A stretch of 48,767 bases of DNA from the IMG/VR virus record IMGVR_UViG_2716884425_000003, positions 1-48,767 of that record. One strand, 5' to 3'. Below are positions 16,704 through 27,074 of this stretch, piece by piece (positions within the stretch are counted from its first letter, which is position 1; each line of letters opens with the position of its first letter). Position numbers and translations under genes: made by a program. Under the pieces are notes generated by a model, which saw only the letters and a list, made by a program, of their open reading frames with translations, searched no databases and had not been told where the DNA came from. Source of the DNA: a virus.

Positions 16704-17225
16704 ATGGCGTCAATATATAACATATCGTCTTGGATAGGTGGAACGGCCTACAAAAAGAATGACATAGTAAATAATAGTGATAAATTTTGGTATGCGTCTC
16801 AAGACAATAGTGACTCAAGCACACCCGCGGTGGGTTCATCTTATTGGAACGGTTACATAAATGTAACTATTGATTCAGTCTCTACAGTCGAGCCCTACTT
16901 TTTCTGGTCACCCTCTTACAATGTCTCGGTAAATCATGAACCTTCAATTCATTCTGTACAATTTGGTGACGGCTACGAACAAAGAATTAAAAAGGGGATA
17001 AATAACAATAGATTAAATTTATCATTAAGTTTTGAAAGTAGAAATGAGCGTGAAGCTGCCGCAATCCTTCACTTTTTACATACAAGAGAAGGGTATGGCC
17101 ATTTTTACTTTAAAGCCCCCAAGCCATACTCCTTGATTAAAAAATTCGTGTGCAAAAGCTTTAATAGCACATTTGTATTTGCTGACAACTATAATATACA
17201 GTGCGAATTTATGGAGGTCTCATAA
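16704..17225 (+). CDS. Lambda gpM-like distal tail protein with an N-terminal CBM5/12-like module
   Basis: 'VQFGDGYEQRIKKGIN'; N-terminal 'WIGGTAYKKNDIV...WYA...P...YW'. Confidence 0.85.
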   Translation: MASIYNISSWIGGTAYKKNDIVNNSDKFWYASQDNSDSSTPAVGSSYWNGYINVTIDSVSTVEPYFFWSPSYNVSVNHEPSIHSVQFGDGYEQRIKKGINNNRLNLSLSFESRNEREAAAILHFLHTREGYGHFYFKAPKPYSLIKKFVCKSFNSTFVFADNYNIQCEFMEVS

Positions 17226-17239
17226 GAGGCATATAAGGT

Positions 17240-18385
17240 ATGGCAAGCAAAATAACTACCACTACAGCGCAGAACACGCTTAAAAGTATATCTAAAGAGG
17301 TAATTTCTTTAGAGTCTAGCTCTATAGTGTCCTTGTACGAAATAGATTTGTCCAGTATTAAGTCTGCCTTAAACCTGCATTCTACTGCATTGCCTCATGA
17401 TGTATTAAGATTTCACAACGAAGAGTCTTTTAATCAAAAAAATATTCTCTTCAGAGGCGAGACTTATTACCCCATGCCCATAATTGCGGATGGTTTCGAA
17501 GTGAACTCTAACGGTTCCTTGCCTAGACCAACACTAACCCTGACGTCATTAAAAGGAGTGCTTGAAGAAAGCGTGTCTAGTAACTATTTTTTATCCCTAA
17601 AAAGAGCCATTCTTGAATTAGAAAATATGATCGGCGCCAAAGTTTCAAGGATTAGGACTTTTTACAAATTTTTAGATAGCGCTAATAACCTAGAGGGCGT
17701 AGGAGACTTTACTAGCGGATTTAACAATAACCCAGAGTTTCCAAAAGAAAGCTATTTCGTAGAGAGAAAGATTAGCGAAGATAAAGACGGCATACAGTTC
17801 GAACTATCCTCTGTTTTAGATATACAGAATTTTAAAGTGCCCGGTAGAGTTTGTTTAGCTAACCGCTGTCCATTTACCTATCGAGGAGAAGGGTGCTGCT
17901 ATGAATTTAAAAATCTAGGTTCTGTTTCTGAGCATGGAGCTACTGAACACCTACCAGACTTTGCCCCACCAATCGCAAATGACGAAAACAAAAACTTAAC
18001 GGGAATAATAACTGGGTCAGACGGCTCAAGCTCGTACGATCCGACAGCCGTAACTTCTAGCTCGGTAATAGATTATATCAGTGATTTACAAAGTAGACCA
18101 AATAATACCTTTACAGCAGGTCAAGTGGTTTACCTTTCGAAAGATGACGTAAACTATTACTACGTAGCTAAGAAAAGCGTACCGAGCGGAAATCCACCAC
18201 CCAATAGTGAATACTGGGAAGCGGATAGATGCTCTAAATCCATGGACGGCTGTAAACTTAGATGGGGCTCCTCGGGCGCGGGCAAAAAATTTACCAACCC
18301 ACCAGCAACAGACAAGGGGCCAGCAAACACGTATTTACCTTTCGGCGGTTTCCCCGGAACAAACACTAGAACAAGCGTCCAATAA
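17240..18385 (+). CDS. Lambda gpL-like minor tail (hub) protein
   Basis: 'LYEIDL', 'GFE...LPRPTL', 'CPFTYRGEGC...DRCSKSMDGCKLR...FGGFPG' (conserved cysteine pattern). Confidence 0.92.
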   Translation: MASKITTTTAQNTLKSISKEVISLESSSIVSLYEIDLSSIKSALNLHSTALPHDVLRFHNEESFNQKNILFRGETYYPMPIIADGFEVNSNGSLPRPTLTLTSLKGVLEESVSSNYFLSLKRAILELENMIGAKVSRIRTFYKFLDSANNLEGVGDFTSGFNNNPEFPKESYFVERKISEDKDGIQFELSSVLDIQNFKVPGRVCLANRCPFTYRGEGCCYEFKNLGSVSEHGATEHLPDFAPPIANDENKNLTGIITGSDGSSSYDPTAVTSSSVIDYISDLQSRPNNTFTAGQVVYLSKDDVNYYYVAKKSVPSGNPPPNSEYWEADRCSKSMDGCKLRWGSSGAGKKFTNPPATDKGPANTYLPFGGFPGTNTRTSVQ

Positions 18386-18720
18386 TGAGATACCTGACCG
18401 AACAAATTAAAAATGATATAACTGAGCACGCTCAGGCGGAATTGCCTAACGAATGTTGCGGCATCATATACAAGTCAGACAATCAATTCAAATCGAAAAG
18501 GTGCGCCAACACCGCTGGTGATAAAAAAAGTAACTTTAGAATAACCGCAAGCGAATATGTTAAAGTATCTAACTTAGGAAAAATAACGGCATACTATCAC
18601 TCGCACACAGAGGATAAGATCGGCGTATTCTCTGATGCAGATAAAAAAGTTAGTAGAGCGCATGGATTACCATTAATAATGTACTGTGTTAAGAATCAAA
18701 AATTTTTAGAATATATTTAA
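18385..18720 (+). CDS. Lambda gpK-like JAB/MPN metalloprotease (JAB domain only)
   Basis: 'PNECCG', 'YHSH...FSDAD' JAMM motif; 111 aa with no NlpC/P60 domain. Confidence 0.88.
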   Translation: MRYLTEQIKNDITEHAQAELPNECCGIIYKSDNQFKSKRCANTAGDKKSNFRITASEYVKVSNLGKITAYYHSHTEDKIGVFSDADKKVSRAHGLPLIMYCVKNQKFLEYI

Positions 18721-19338
18721 ATGGCTATTATTAATTTACATGGAAAGCTAGCAGAGGAAGTTGGTAAAGACCAATGGAATATAGACGTCACTAGTGTCAG
18801 CGAAGCTATCCACGCTATAAACTCGCAGTCAGACGACGCAATAAGAAAATTCTTTATAAGAAAAGAAAATTCATACGCTAGGTATGATGTACTGATTAAT
18901 GATCAAAAAACTACCCCTTCTGATGACAAGGCTTACAATGACCTTACATTAGAAAGAAATGACATAGAACAAATAGACATTGTTCCGTGTTTGGAAGGCT
19001 CATTCATGGGATGGTTTGGTATTCTTGTGGGTGGCGTTGGGTTGGCGACAGCTACGAATCAAATGGCAGCGTTAACCAGTATAGCCTTAATATCAAACGG
19101 TATTAGCACGCTACTATCAGAACCACCCGAGTACCCAGAGCAAAGACAAATAGTAAACCCGAGTTCGGACCCAACACAGTTAGCCAACTCATACTTATTT
19201 AGCGGCCCCGTCAACGTAATAAACGAAGGTGGACCCGTGCCTATAGGTTACGGTAGATTGATAGTGGGCAGTCAGGTAATCATGAGCACCTATGGCACTA
19301 GAAAACTACTAGTTAGAGAGGCTGGAAAACTTAGATAA
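18721..19338 (+). CDS. Lambda gpI-like tail assembly protein
   Basis: 'INLHGKL...EAIHAI...IDIVP' ubiquitin-like N-terminus; 'SYLFSG..N..NEGGPVPIGYGRLIVGS'. Confidence 0.9.
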   Translation: MAIINLHGKLAEEVGKDQWNIDVTSVSEAIHAINSQSDDAIRKFFIRKENSYARYDVLINDQKTTPSDDKAYNDLTLERNDIEQIDIVPCLEGSFMGWFGILVGGVGLATATNQMAALTSIALISNGISTLLSEPPEYPEQRQIVNPSSDPTQLANSYLFSGPVNVINEGGPVPIGYGRLIVGSQVIMSTYGTRKLLVREAGKLR

Positions 19339-19339
19339 A

Positions 19340-22300
19340 ATGTCAGTAATAAACAACATACTAGAACACCTAGGGCCTTCAAAAACAAATCTGCTTTTTG
19401 GTGTTAGTGTAGACGGCATAAACGCAAACAATAGCGGCACCTACGGCGAAGACAGAATTGTTTTAATTGACAACTCGGGCGAGGGCGTTATATCGGGAGT
19501 CTTCCCGCCGGGTCACGAGTACGAGGGAACCACTGGATATTTAACTAGTAGAAGCACCATAAGAACGGTTGATCTACTATCAGAAGGAGAAATTGAAGGT
19601 ATAGTTAGTGGAGAATGGATACCGACCGGAGATACGCAAGAAGGACAAATAGGCTGGACCACTGGCGAATTTAAACCGTATGCGTCAACCCAGCCAGAGT
19701 CATGGTTAAGATCAATTTATTTAAATGATACACCCGTTGTTAACACTAATGGCTATTACAATTTTCAAGCGGTAGAAGCAGCTATCGCACCCGGTACAGT
19801 GTCGGGTATAACAAGTGGGGAGGCTTGGTATGGAACAACTGATCCAGTAGAAAAAACTAGAACAATCAGCGAAAGGCTAAGGGGGCCGGATACCGGACAA
19901 AACGAAGCGCAAGACTTTCATTACTACCCCAAGACTTACAGATTTTTTAATGACAACCTACAGTCCGTAAGAGTAAACATAAAAATACCAGCGCTCACAT
20001 ATACCAAGGTAGCTAGCGATCCGAACTTAACACAAGGTACTTGGCCAGACGAAGAAGTAGGCCAAGTAAGGGGTAGTCAATTAGTTTTTAAATACAGATA
20101 CAGGCCGATTTACAAGGATAAACTTGGCAACTCTGACCTTAGCGTAAACAGACAATGGTATGGTGTTGGTGGCGCGGGTAATAATCAATCGACCGGCAAG
20201 CCACTAACCTCCGCAATCAGAGGCTTAATACGAAGCCCCTACATACATGACTACACAATCAACTTAGATCAAGATTTAGTTAATGATAAACTAACCGGCT
20301 GGGAAATAGAGGTAGTAAGAACAACTCTGGATTCAATAGAGAGTCATATAGTAAATCAAAGTTTTGTTGAAAATATAACAGAGATTTCAAACGATACTTT
20401 AGCCTACCCAAGCTCAGCTATAGCTTCGCTAAAGTTTGATGCGGAGTATTTTTCTCAAGTACCTAATAGAAGTTATGATTTAAAATTACTAAAAGTAAAA
20501 GTACCAACTGGATACGATCCAGATTCTCGACAGTACAATTTTGACGGAGCACTAGCGGGAGATATATGGGACGGAACTTTCCAAGATGACAAAAAATGGA
20601 CCGATAATCCAGCTTGGATATTTTATGATTTAATTACTAACAAAAGATATGGCGTAGGCAAATTCTTAGGCGATGTACAAGTTGACAAATGGACCCTGTA
20701 TGAGATTGCTAAATTTTGCGATCAACTAGTTTCAGATGGACAAGGAGGTTACGAACCTAGGTTTACCTGCAACGTTTTAATTAATACAAGAGAGGAAGCG
20801 TTTAAGGTAATAAAAGATTTTGCCAGCGTCTTTAGAGCCATAGCTTATTACGGATTTGGTAGAGTCAATATTTCTTGCGACAAGCCTCGTGATGAAATAG
20901 CTCTATATAATAACGCTAATGTCGTAGATGGCAACTTTACTTATTCTTCCACAACCAAGCAGAGTATTCCAACAGTTTGTTACGTTAGGTACAACGATAG
21001 AGATAACATGTACAAACCAGCAGTGGAGTACGTTGAAAACACCGAGGGCATAAGAAAGTATGGGGTTGTAGAAAAAGAAGTTACCGCCTTTGCTTGTACA
21101 AGTAGGTCTCAAGCAATCAGAATGGGAAGATGGATCCTGTCCACAGAGATAGAACAAACCGAAACGGTATCTTTTGCAACAGGGCCCGAAGCTATGCTGT
21201 TAAGACCCGGAGATATTATTAGGGTAACAGACCAAAATAGATCTGAAGAAAATTTAGCGGGCAGAACTGTTTCTGGAGCTAGTCAATCTATAATTTTAGA
21301 CAGATCAGTTAGTCTAGACTCTTCTTCAAACTACTCTCTGACTCTAACTACTCCAACTTACTTTTATGACGAGTCAATAGTTGACATTTCTGCACAGAGC
21401 GAACAAAGCTCATTTAGAAACTCTCACGTACAAACTTTTGACTTCTCTCCGTCTACCGCGGGCATAACAGTTTCAAACGTGGCTATTAGTGGATCTTCTG
21501 AAGTTAGCGGCACCAAGATATCTTATACGAGCGATATGTTTTCGTCTGTTGGAAAAGACATCGTAAACGAATCAACATGGAGCATAGTTAAACTAGATCA
21601 GAAAAGTAATAACTTATACTCAGTAGTATCCACCAAAGAAAATTCTAATAACTTAGTCTTTAACGTAGAAGCCATGCTTCACAATGAAGATAAGTATGGA
21701 TATCTAGAATCCGGAATAATTTACTCTTACGTTAAAAGCCCGCAGAATATAACTGCCGCCCCACCAGCGCCGTCCGCCGTAGTTACTAGCGTTTTAGATC
21801 ATCCCGACAGCCCATTCGGTGACACTAAAAGAATTAAAATCAAAGTAGACACGCCTAGCACCTTGGGCACCACGATAGGCTACAAAATTTTTGTTAAGTC
21901 AGGCACATCTTGGACTAGCAGTTTGATCGGTGCAACTAGCATACCTAAAAATGAACACCTATTTGACACGGTATATTTGACAGACGTAAACGAGAGCGGC
22001 GATCCATACACATTTTATATACCTGCAGATAACGGAGATTATATAGTTAGAGTTTTCGCAATAAACTCAGTAGGAACGCTATCTTCCAATTATGCGGATA
22101 GCGGAACTATAACCGTGTCTAACCACTTTCCAATTAAAGACGTACAAGTTCACTCCCTTAGGCTAGCTTCAAATTATGTATTTAACCAGACTAGGGAATC
22201 CACCAGCGTTACGAGTTCAAATAAAGAAATTTTCTCTTTCAACAATAGCAAAGATGGAGAGTTTCAGTGGAGCGTAGAGTTCTTGAACGAAGCGACCTTT

Positions 22301-24493
22301 ACATTGCCCATAACCTACAAAGTAAGTATACATGAACCCAGTAATACTTCCGCATTGCCGGGTACACAACTTGCATCGTACAGCGTCAACGATAAAATAT
22401 TTAACTTTACCTTTGCCAAAAACAGAGCTATGCCCGGTGGAGTTAAAAGAAGATATGACGTAGTGGTGCAAGCTGTAGATTCTAACGGTGTTAGCTCTTC
22501 GGGAGTAAACGCTGGAACATATTTTGGCTGGGACATAATGGAAGTTTTAAATCCTAAACCTACCGGATATTATTTGACGCCAAGAGTAAACAATTATAGT
22601 ACTGTCGGACCGCAACAAGCTTGCGATGCGATATTTACTGATCAGTACCTAGACAGCGATGGTTTTGTAAATTTAGATTTTATCGGTAACACCTTACCAG
22701 ATATAGCGGGTGGATACGCTTATATATCTAAACAGCCATTCTCTGGTGCAGACTTTAACAATGACGGCACCGCAAAATCTTTTAGCCAACGCACTGGGGA
22801 TGGAAGATTAACTATAAGCTCTGGAGAATTATTTAAGAGCGGCGAGTACGAAATATCAGAAACTAATTTTGAAGTAGACGCAGGAGGCCTTTTAAATTCA
22901 TCTGACTCAAAAATTACATTTAAACCGTCATTAACTGGAGAATTTTCTCCTCCGTATTATATGGCGCTCAAGCTGTACGACTCATTTGATAAAGAAATAA
23001 AAGATAACAACCTAAACGCTAGCTGGAACAGTGGGTTACTAAACATAGAAAGTGAAGCTAACAAAGTTTCGAGCGGGCTGTGGCTAGGTTTTGCTAGAGA
23101 TACAACGGGTTCTGCGGGTACGATACATAATTCATTTTACCAACTAAGCGTAGGGACTAGTGGTCAATACTTGGGAGACCCAGATCAAGGATCACCCAAA
23201 TGCAACACTTCTGGTACTTTCTCCACACCCATCTACCCAACAAAATATTACGGTGCGAACCAAGGCGGGTTTAAATACTGGCTAAGAATTAACGTCAATG
23301 GACAATGGGAAGGTCAAGGCATTTCTCACGTAAAAGTGCTTACTCAAAAAGACGTTATGACTCTATATGATTATAGAGGTTTTTATGAATATGCATGCAA
23401 AATTAAAGATTACGCGTTGATGCAAGTAGCCAGTACGGATGATCAGCAGTATTTATATAACCCAACCGATCCTCAATACACAGCTTACCCAAATCACCCA
23501 GAGAGTTTCGCGCAGTGTAAATTTAGAACCGCGCAGGCCGACATGATAGACTACGATGGCAGCAATATAAACGATATTATTATAGACTACGATACCATTT
23601 TCAACAGGTCTGGTTCAAGCGTGGCAACTCAAAAGTTTTTTGGCGGTGTCACAACGGGTGCTTCATATCCTCTATTTGAAGTGCAGGGAGCCACGCTGCA
23701 TAATGATTTAACAGGGCTTGGTCTGATGGATGCCGGTGGTGGGGCCGTTGTTTTAGACTCAGAGTTAAGAAAAGCGGGTATCGCAAAAGACTACACACAG
23801 CTAATGGATCTGGGTAGCGCTGACGGAGACGATTATGATGGAAAACAGTCATACAATGAAAGGGGTCAAGCTATAGCGGGCAAGACAAGACCTCTAAGAG
23901 GATTTAGAAGATTTAGAGTTTATTTTGACGAAAACAACTTGCCCCAACCAAACGATGAATCAGGATTAGCTTCCTATGCGGTTATGGGTGTGAACTGCTG
24001 GAATGGAGAGTACGAAAGCTGGCCCGCTCCCAGAGCCGCAGATTCTTTCCAAACTGACGGCGGAGGTACGATTACAGACTACAGACCTGCCGCTAGTCAC
24101 TTCTCAGAGAGCTTACTGTTCGCTAAAGATGGTTACGGAATATTTCCGTCTTCTGTTTTATCATACTTGGATTCAGGAGATCTGTTTGAAAACATACCCG
24201 GAGTTTGGAATCATCATCCGGCAGGATTTGGTCAGGGCTTTGGCGGGCTAGTAAAAACTCAAAAGTACTTTGATATCCATTTAGGTAGAATGATTGACGA
24301 TAGCTATTTAAATGAAGGATTCTTTGGTGTAGTAACGACAAACAATTATGGCATCTCTAGTCAGAACGCATACCTGCCATCACACCCGAGTATCGTAAAC
24401 ATAGATAAAGCGGTATTCTACAACCAACCGTATGTTACTAAAACTGTAGCGGATGGGGGTGACGGATCCGGAGAGTGGAAGGACTTTGTATAA
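19340..24493 (+). CDS. Lambda gpJ-like central tail fibre / host specificity protein
   Basis: 'LLSEGEIEG', 'WDGTF...WTDNPAWIFYDL', 'EPRFTCN', 'CTSRSQAIRMGRW', FN3-like segments and a long divergent C-terminus. Confidence 0.93.
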   Translation: MSVINNILEHLGPSKTNLLFGVSVDGINANNSGTYGEDRIVLIDNSGEGVISGVFPPGHEYEGTTGYLTSRSTIRTVDLLSEGEIEGIVSGEWIPTGDTQEGQIGWTTGEFKPYASTQPESWLRSIYLNDTPVVNTNGYYNFQAVEAAIAPGTVSGITSGEAWYGTTDPVEKTRTISERLRGPDTGQNEAQDFHYYPKTYRFFNDNLQSVRVNIKIPALTYTKVASDPNLTQGTWPDEEVGQVRGSQLVFKYRYRPIYKDKLGNSDLSVNRQWYGVGGAGNNQSTGKPLTSAIRGLIRSPYIHDYTINLDQDLVNDKLTGWEIEVVRTTLDSIESHIVNQSFVENITEISNDTLAYPSSAIASLKFDAEYFSQVPNRSYDLKLLKVKVPTGYDPDSRQYNFDGALAGDIWDGTFQDDKKWTDNPAWIFYDLITNKRYGVGKFLGDVQVDKWTLYEIAKFCDQLVSDGQGGYEPRFTCNVLINTREEAFKVIKDFASVFRAIAYYGFGRVNISCDKPRDEIALYNNANVVDGNFTYSSTTKQSIPTVCYVRYNDRDNMYKPAVEYVENTEGIRKYGVVEKEVTAFACTSRSQAIRMGRWILSTEIEQTETVSFATGPEAMLLRPGDIIRVTDQNRSEENLAGRTVSGASQSIILDRSVSLDSSSNYSLTLTTPTYFYDESIVDISAQSEQSSFRNSHVQTFDFSPSTAGITVSNVAISGSSEVSGTKISYTSDMFSSVGKDIVNESTWSIVKLDQKSNNLYSVVSTKENSNNLVFNVEAMLHNEDKYGYLESGIIYSYVKSPQNITAAPPAPSAVVTSVLDHPDSPFGDTKRIKIKVDTPSTLGTTIGYKIFVKSGTSWTSSLIGATSIPKNEHLFDTVYLTDVNESGDPYTFYIPADNGDYIVRVFAINSVGTLSSNYADSGTITVSNHFPIKDVQVHSLRLASNYVFNQTRESTSVTSSNKEIFSFNNSKDGEFQWSVEFLNEATFTLPITYKVSIHEPSNTSALPGTQLASYSVNDKIFNFTFAKNRAMPGGVKRRYDVVVQAVDSNGVSSSGVNAGTYFGWDIMEVLNPKPTGYYLTPRVNNYSTVGPQQACDAIFTDQYLDSDGFVNLDFIGNTLPDIAGGYAYISKQPFSGADFNNDGTAKSFSQRTGDGRLTISSGELFKSGEYEISETNFEVDAGGLLNSSDSKITFKPSLTGEFSPPYYMALKLYDSFDKEIKDNNLNASWNSGLLNIESEANKVSSGLWLGFARDTTGSAGTIHNSFYQLSVGTSGQYLGDPDQGSPKCNTSGTFSTPIYPTKYYGANQGGFKYWLRINVNGQWEGQGISHVKVLTQKDVMTLYDYRGFYEYACKIKDYALMQVASTDDQQYLYNPTDPQYTAYPNHPESFAQCKFRTAQADMIDYDGSNINDIIIDYDTIFNRSGSSVATQKFFGGVTTGASYPLFEVQGATLHNDLTGLGLMDAGGGAVVLDSELRKAGIAKDYTQLMDLGSADGDDYDGKQSYNERGQAIAGKTRPLRGFRRFRVYFDENNLPQPNDESGLASYAVMGVNCWNGEYESWPAPRAADSFQTDGGGTITDYRPAASHFSESLLFAKDGYGIFPSSVLSYLDSGDLFENIPGVWNHHPAGFGQGFGGLVKTQKYFDIHLGRMIDDSYLNEGFFGVVTTNNYGISSQNAYLPSHPSIVNIDKAVFYNQPYVTKTVADGGDGSGEWKDFV

Positions 24494-24494
24494 A

Positions 24495-25220
24495 ATGAAA
24501 AATGCAACTCAAAATTTATTATTAATTATTTTTAAGGATAAAACTCGAGTTACTTATTCTGTACCTGACGGCAAAAGCTACACTGAGATATATAACTACT
24601 CAGCAAAAAACAGAGAGTTCCTGCATCAAGATGTGGCGCACATCAAATTCTTTAAGAACTCCCCATACAACATAGAACAAATTCAATATTACTATGATGA
24701 AGAGTTAGACATTTTTGATGAAAAGTCTTTGTCTATAGACTTTAAAATAGACGAATTCAGAAAACAAAGAAATACTTTACTATATAGCCTAGACGCAGAA
24801 TTCATGAAATCCATGGAAAGTGACTGCGAAGAATGTACTAAACATATAGTAGAAATCAAGAATCACCTAAGAAATATGCCCGATCTCCTAGGTGAAGAAC
24901 TAAAAAAATACAATATAGCAGAAATTCCTACATTCGATTGCTTTAATAATGTATATAATATTAATGTAGTTAATGGCGGAAGCGGATATACAGAGGCTCC
25001 AGAAGTGCTCATAAGCGCCCCAGATCGCTCTGTAAGAGGCTTTGAGATGAAAGCTGAGGCTGTATTGGTAGACGGCACCATAAGTGAAATAAAGGTTACG
25101 CAGGTGGGTAGCGGATACGCCAAAACACCCTCTGTGAGCGTAGCTAAATCTCAAGCTGGAAACACTGCGATAGCTATTGCATCTAAGCCAGAAAATGATA
25201 TATTTAATACAGTAAAATAA
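24495..25220 (+). CDS. Tail fibre assembly-like domain fused to GGSGY-repeat beta domain
   Basis: 'RKQRNTLLYSLD...HLRNMP' plus 'VVNGGSGYTEAPEV' and 'QVGSGYAKTPSV'; ATG 24495 follows the gpJ stop. Confidence 0.6.
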   Translation: MKNATQNLLLIIFKDKTRVTYSVPDGKSYTEIYNYSAKNREFLHQDVAHIKFFKNSPYNIEQIQYYYDEELDIFDEKSLSIDFKIDEFRKQRNTLLYSLDAEFMKSMESDCEECTKHIVEIKNHLRNMPDLLGEELKKYNIAEIPTFDCFNNVYNINVVNGGSGYTEAPEVLISAPDRSVRGFEMKAEAVLVDGTISEIKVTQVGSGYAKTPSVSVAKSQAGNTAIAIASKPENDIFNTVK

Positions 25221-25224
25221 AATT

Positions 25225-26082
25225 ATGCCAATTAAAGTTAACAAAAAGTATGGATTTACAGCTTCTGTAAATGAAGGCTCCAATAAAGTAATCGCTTGCT
25301 CCAAAGCTAACTGGGAACCGGTCAGAACGGGCAGCTTCATTTTACTTGATAAAGACGATACCTTTTATAGAGTTATTGATAAAAGAAAATTTATCTACCA
25401 AAAGAATGTAACAGTCTTAAACACATCCCAACTTAAAATTGCGGAAAATTTAGGCACAATGGTTTCGGTTGATGATGATGTAGCTTTTATGTATTCCGAA
25501 CACAGCGTAACTTCAGTTTCCGTCGCTAGCGGAGGTGAAGGATATCAGGTCGGAGACATTATAACACCAGAGGGAGGAGTGTGTAAGTACAATTCAATTG
25601 ATCAAATCGATGTGCCCGCGCAAATCCAAGTAACTGAGGTGGATAGTGACGGTGCGGTTGTTGCGGTAGAGTTAATCAATGGCGGGCTGTACAGTACTCC
25701 ACCAGCAGACTCTTGCAATGGTAATTCAAATCTAGGGACTGGCGTAACTCTTTCTTTGGCTTCAAGCGTTTCTGATGTAAGCTCGATCGAAGAAAGAACT
25801 GTTAGCTCGATTGATTACACTAGCGACTCGACAGTATTGCACCTCAATCATAACCTTCCGCCCCGAATACAAGAGGGCAGCATAAGAGTTGAGAAGTGGG
25901 AATTAACCATTGACGGAAATTACGTGGGTCAATCTAAGTATAGTGCTAATTACAATATCGTAAAAGACTTTACGCCTCACAATGACATTCCATTAATTCA
26001 CGGCGATCTCGCTAGCAGTCACGTAGTGTTCAACGAGGCGATGGCAATCATCGATCAACGCTTGAAAGATTTAGAATCTTAA
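25225..26082 (+). CDS. Tail-associated structural protein
   Basis: 'ASGGEGYQVGD', 'NGGLY' repeats; last gene of the tail tip operon. Confidence 0.55.
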   Translation: MPIKVNKKYGFTASVNEGSNKVIACSKANWEPVRTGSFILLDKDDTFYRVIDKRKFIYQKNVTVLNTSQLKIAENLGTMVSVDDDVAFMYSEHSVTSVSVASGGEGYQVGDIITPEGGVCKYNSIDQIDVPAQIQVTEVDSDGAVVAVELINGGLYSTPPADSCNGNSNLGTGVTLSLASSVSDVSSIEERTVSSIDYTSDSTVLHLNHNLPPRIQEGSIRVEKWELTIDGNYVGQSKYSANYNIVKDFTPHNDIPLIHGDLASSHVVFNEAMAIIDQRLKDLES

Positions 26083-27074
26083 TTGTGAAGTATTCCGCCT
26101 TGACGTTTCTCTTTTACTAGAGTTGTGGTGATTTGATTTTCTATCAGCGCTGCGAGTTGTTGCGCTCTTTCTGGACTCATTGAGTTATCGCTGGTTACAT
26201 CGCCATTCTGATCAATGCTCACGTTGATTGTGATATTGTTGTTCATTGCTGCTGATCCAGTCTCTCCAACGGCAGCGTTAACTGATTCTGATCCAACGTA
26301 ACCACCATTTGCCATCTTACGAAGTCTACCAGAGTTTAGGTGATGGAAGAAGTCCACGCCATACTTCCTGACTGAATCAGAATTAATAACATATTCACCG
26401 CCCATCAGCATGGAGGGAACGGTATCTTTTTTGTAGCCGCCCTGAGCATCGCTGTCCCAAGCGTTCATCGGATCGTTTGCGAAACGTCGCTCTTGCCTCC
26501 AGTTATTAAACTTATTCTTACCTTTACTCCACAGGTTATTTTCGCTTTTGCCATCAAAAGTACTGCCGTAGCCGCCACCAAACAGTGAACCAGCGAGAGC
26601 CATACCTCCAAACATCCACAAAGAGTTCTGCATTTTCTTTCTCTTTTGAGTTCTCCATGTATCCACGGCTTCTTTCCAATCAGTTATTTCTTGCCTTCTT
26701 TGCGCCCAATAGTCATACAAGTTAGCAACTTTATCCATGCGGAATTGATTTCGTGGATTATCTGGATCAGTAAGGGCCTGCCTAGAAAGCCTTGAGTCAA
26801 TAGCATAACGACTACCCGCGCCGGGCTTGTCGCTGTCATATACAAAAGCGTTTCTTAAGTTGAATTTAGCGTAAGCACCCCTGTTACTCTCGACACTTGA
26901 AACTAAAGAGTTGAGATTAGCTTGAGGATCAGGAGAATCAGAGGCAGGCACCTCACCAGAATTAAGGCTGTTTAAGAAGCTCATTCCGTATTTATTTACT
27001 GAGCTTTTCTTGATTACATATTCGCCCTTAGACAATAGGGCAGGAACGTCATCTTTAACTCCACTTCCCCCCAA
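26079..27074 (-). CDS. C-terminal part of the tape measure protein (separate reading frame)
   Basis: Begins mid-motif with 'GGSGVKDDVPALLSKGEYVI' and ends 'KEKRQGGIL', typical of lambda gpH-like C-termini. Confidence 0.85.
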   Translation of the reverse strand: MGGSGVKDDVPALLSKGEYVIKKSSVNKYGMSFLNSLNSGEVPASDSPDPQANLNSLVSSVESNRGAYAKFNLRNAFVYDSDKPGAGSRYAIDSRLSRQALTDPDNPRNQFRMDKVANLYDYWAQRRQEITDWKEAVDTWRTQKRKKMQNSLWMFGGMALAGSLFGGGYGSTFDGKSENNLWSKGKNKFNNWRQERRFANDPMNAWDSDAQGGYKKDTVPSMLMGGEYVINSDSVRKYGVDFFHHLNSGRLRKMANGGYVGSESVNAAVGETGSAAMNNNITINVSIDQNGDVTSDNSMSPERAQQLAALIENQITTTLVKEKRQGGILHN

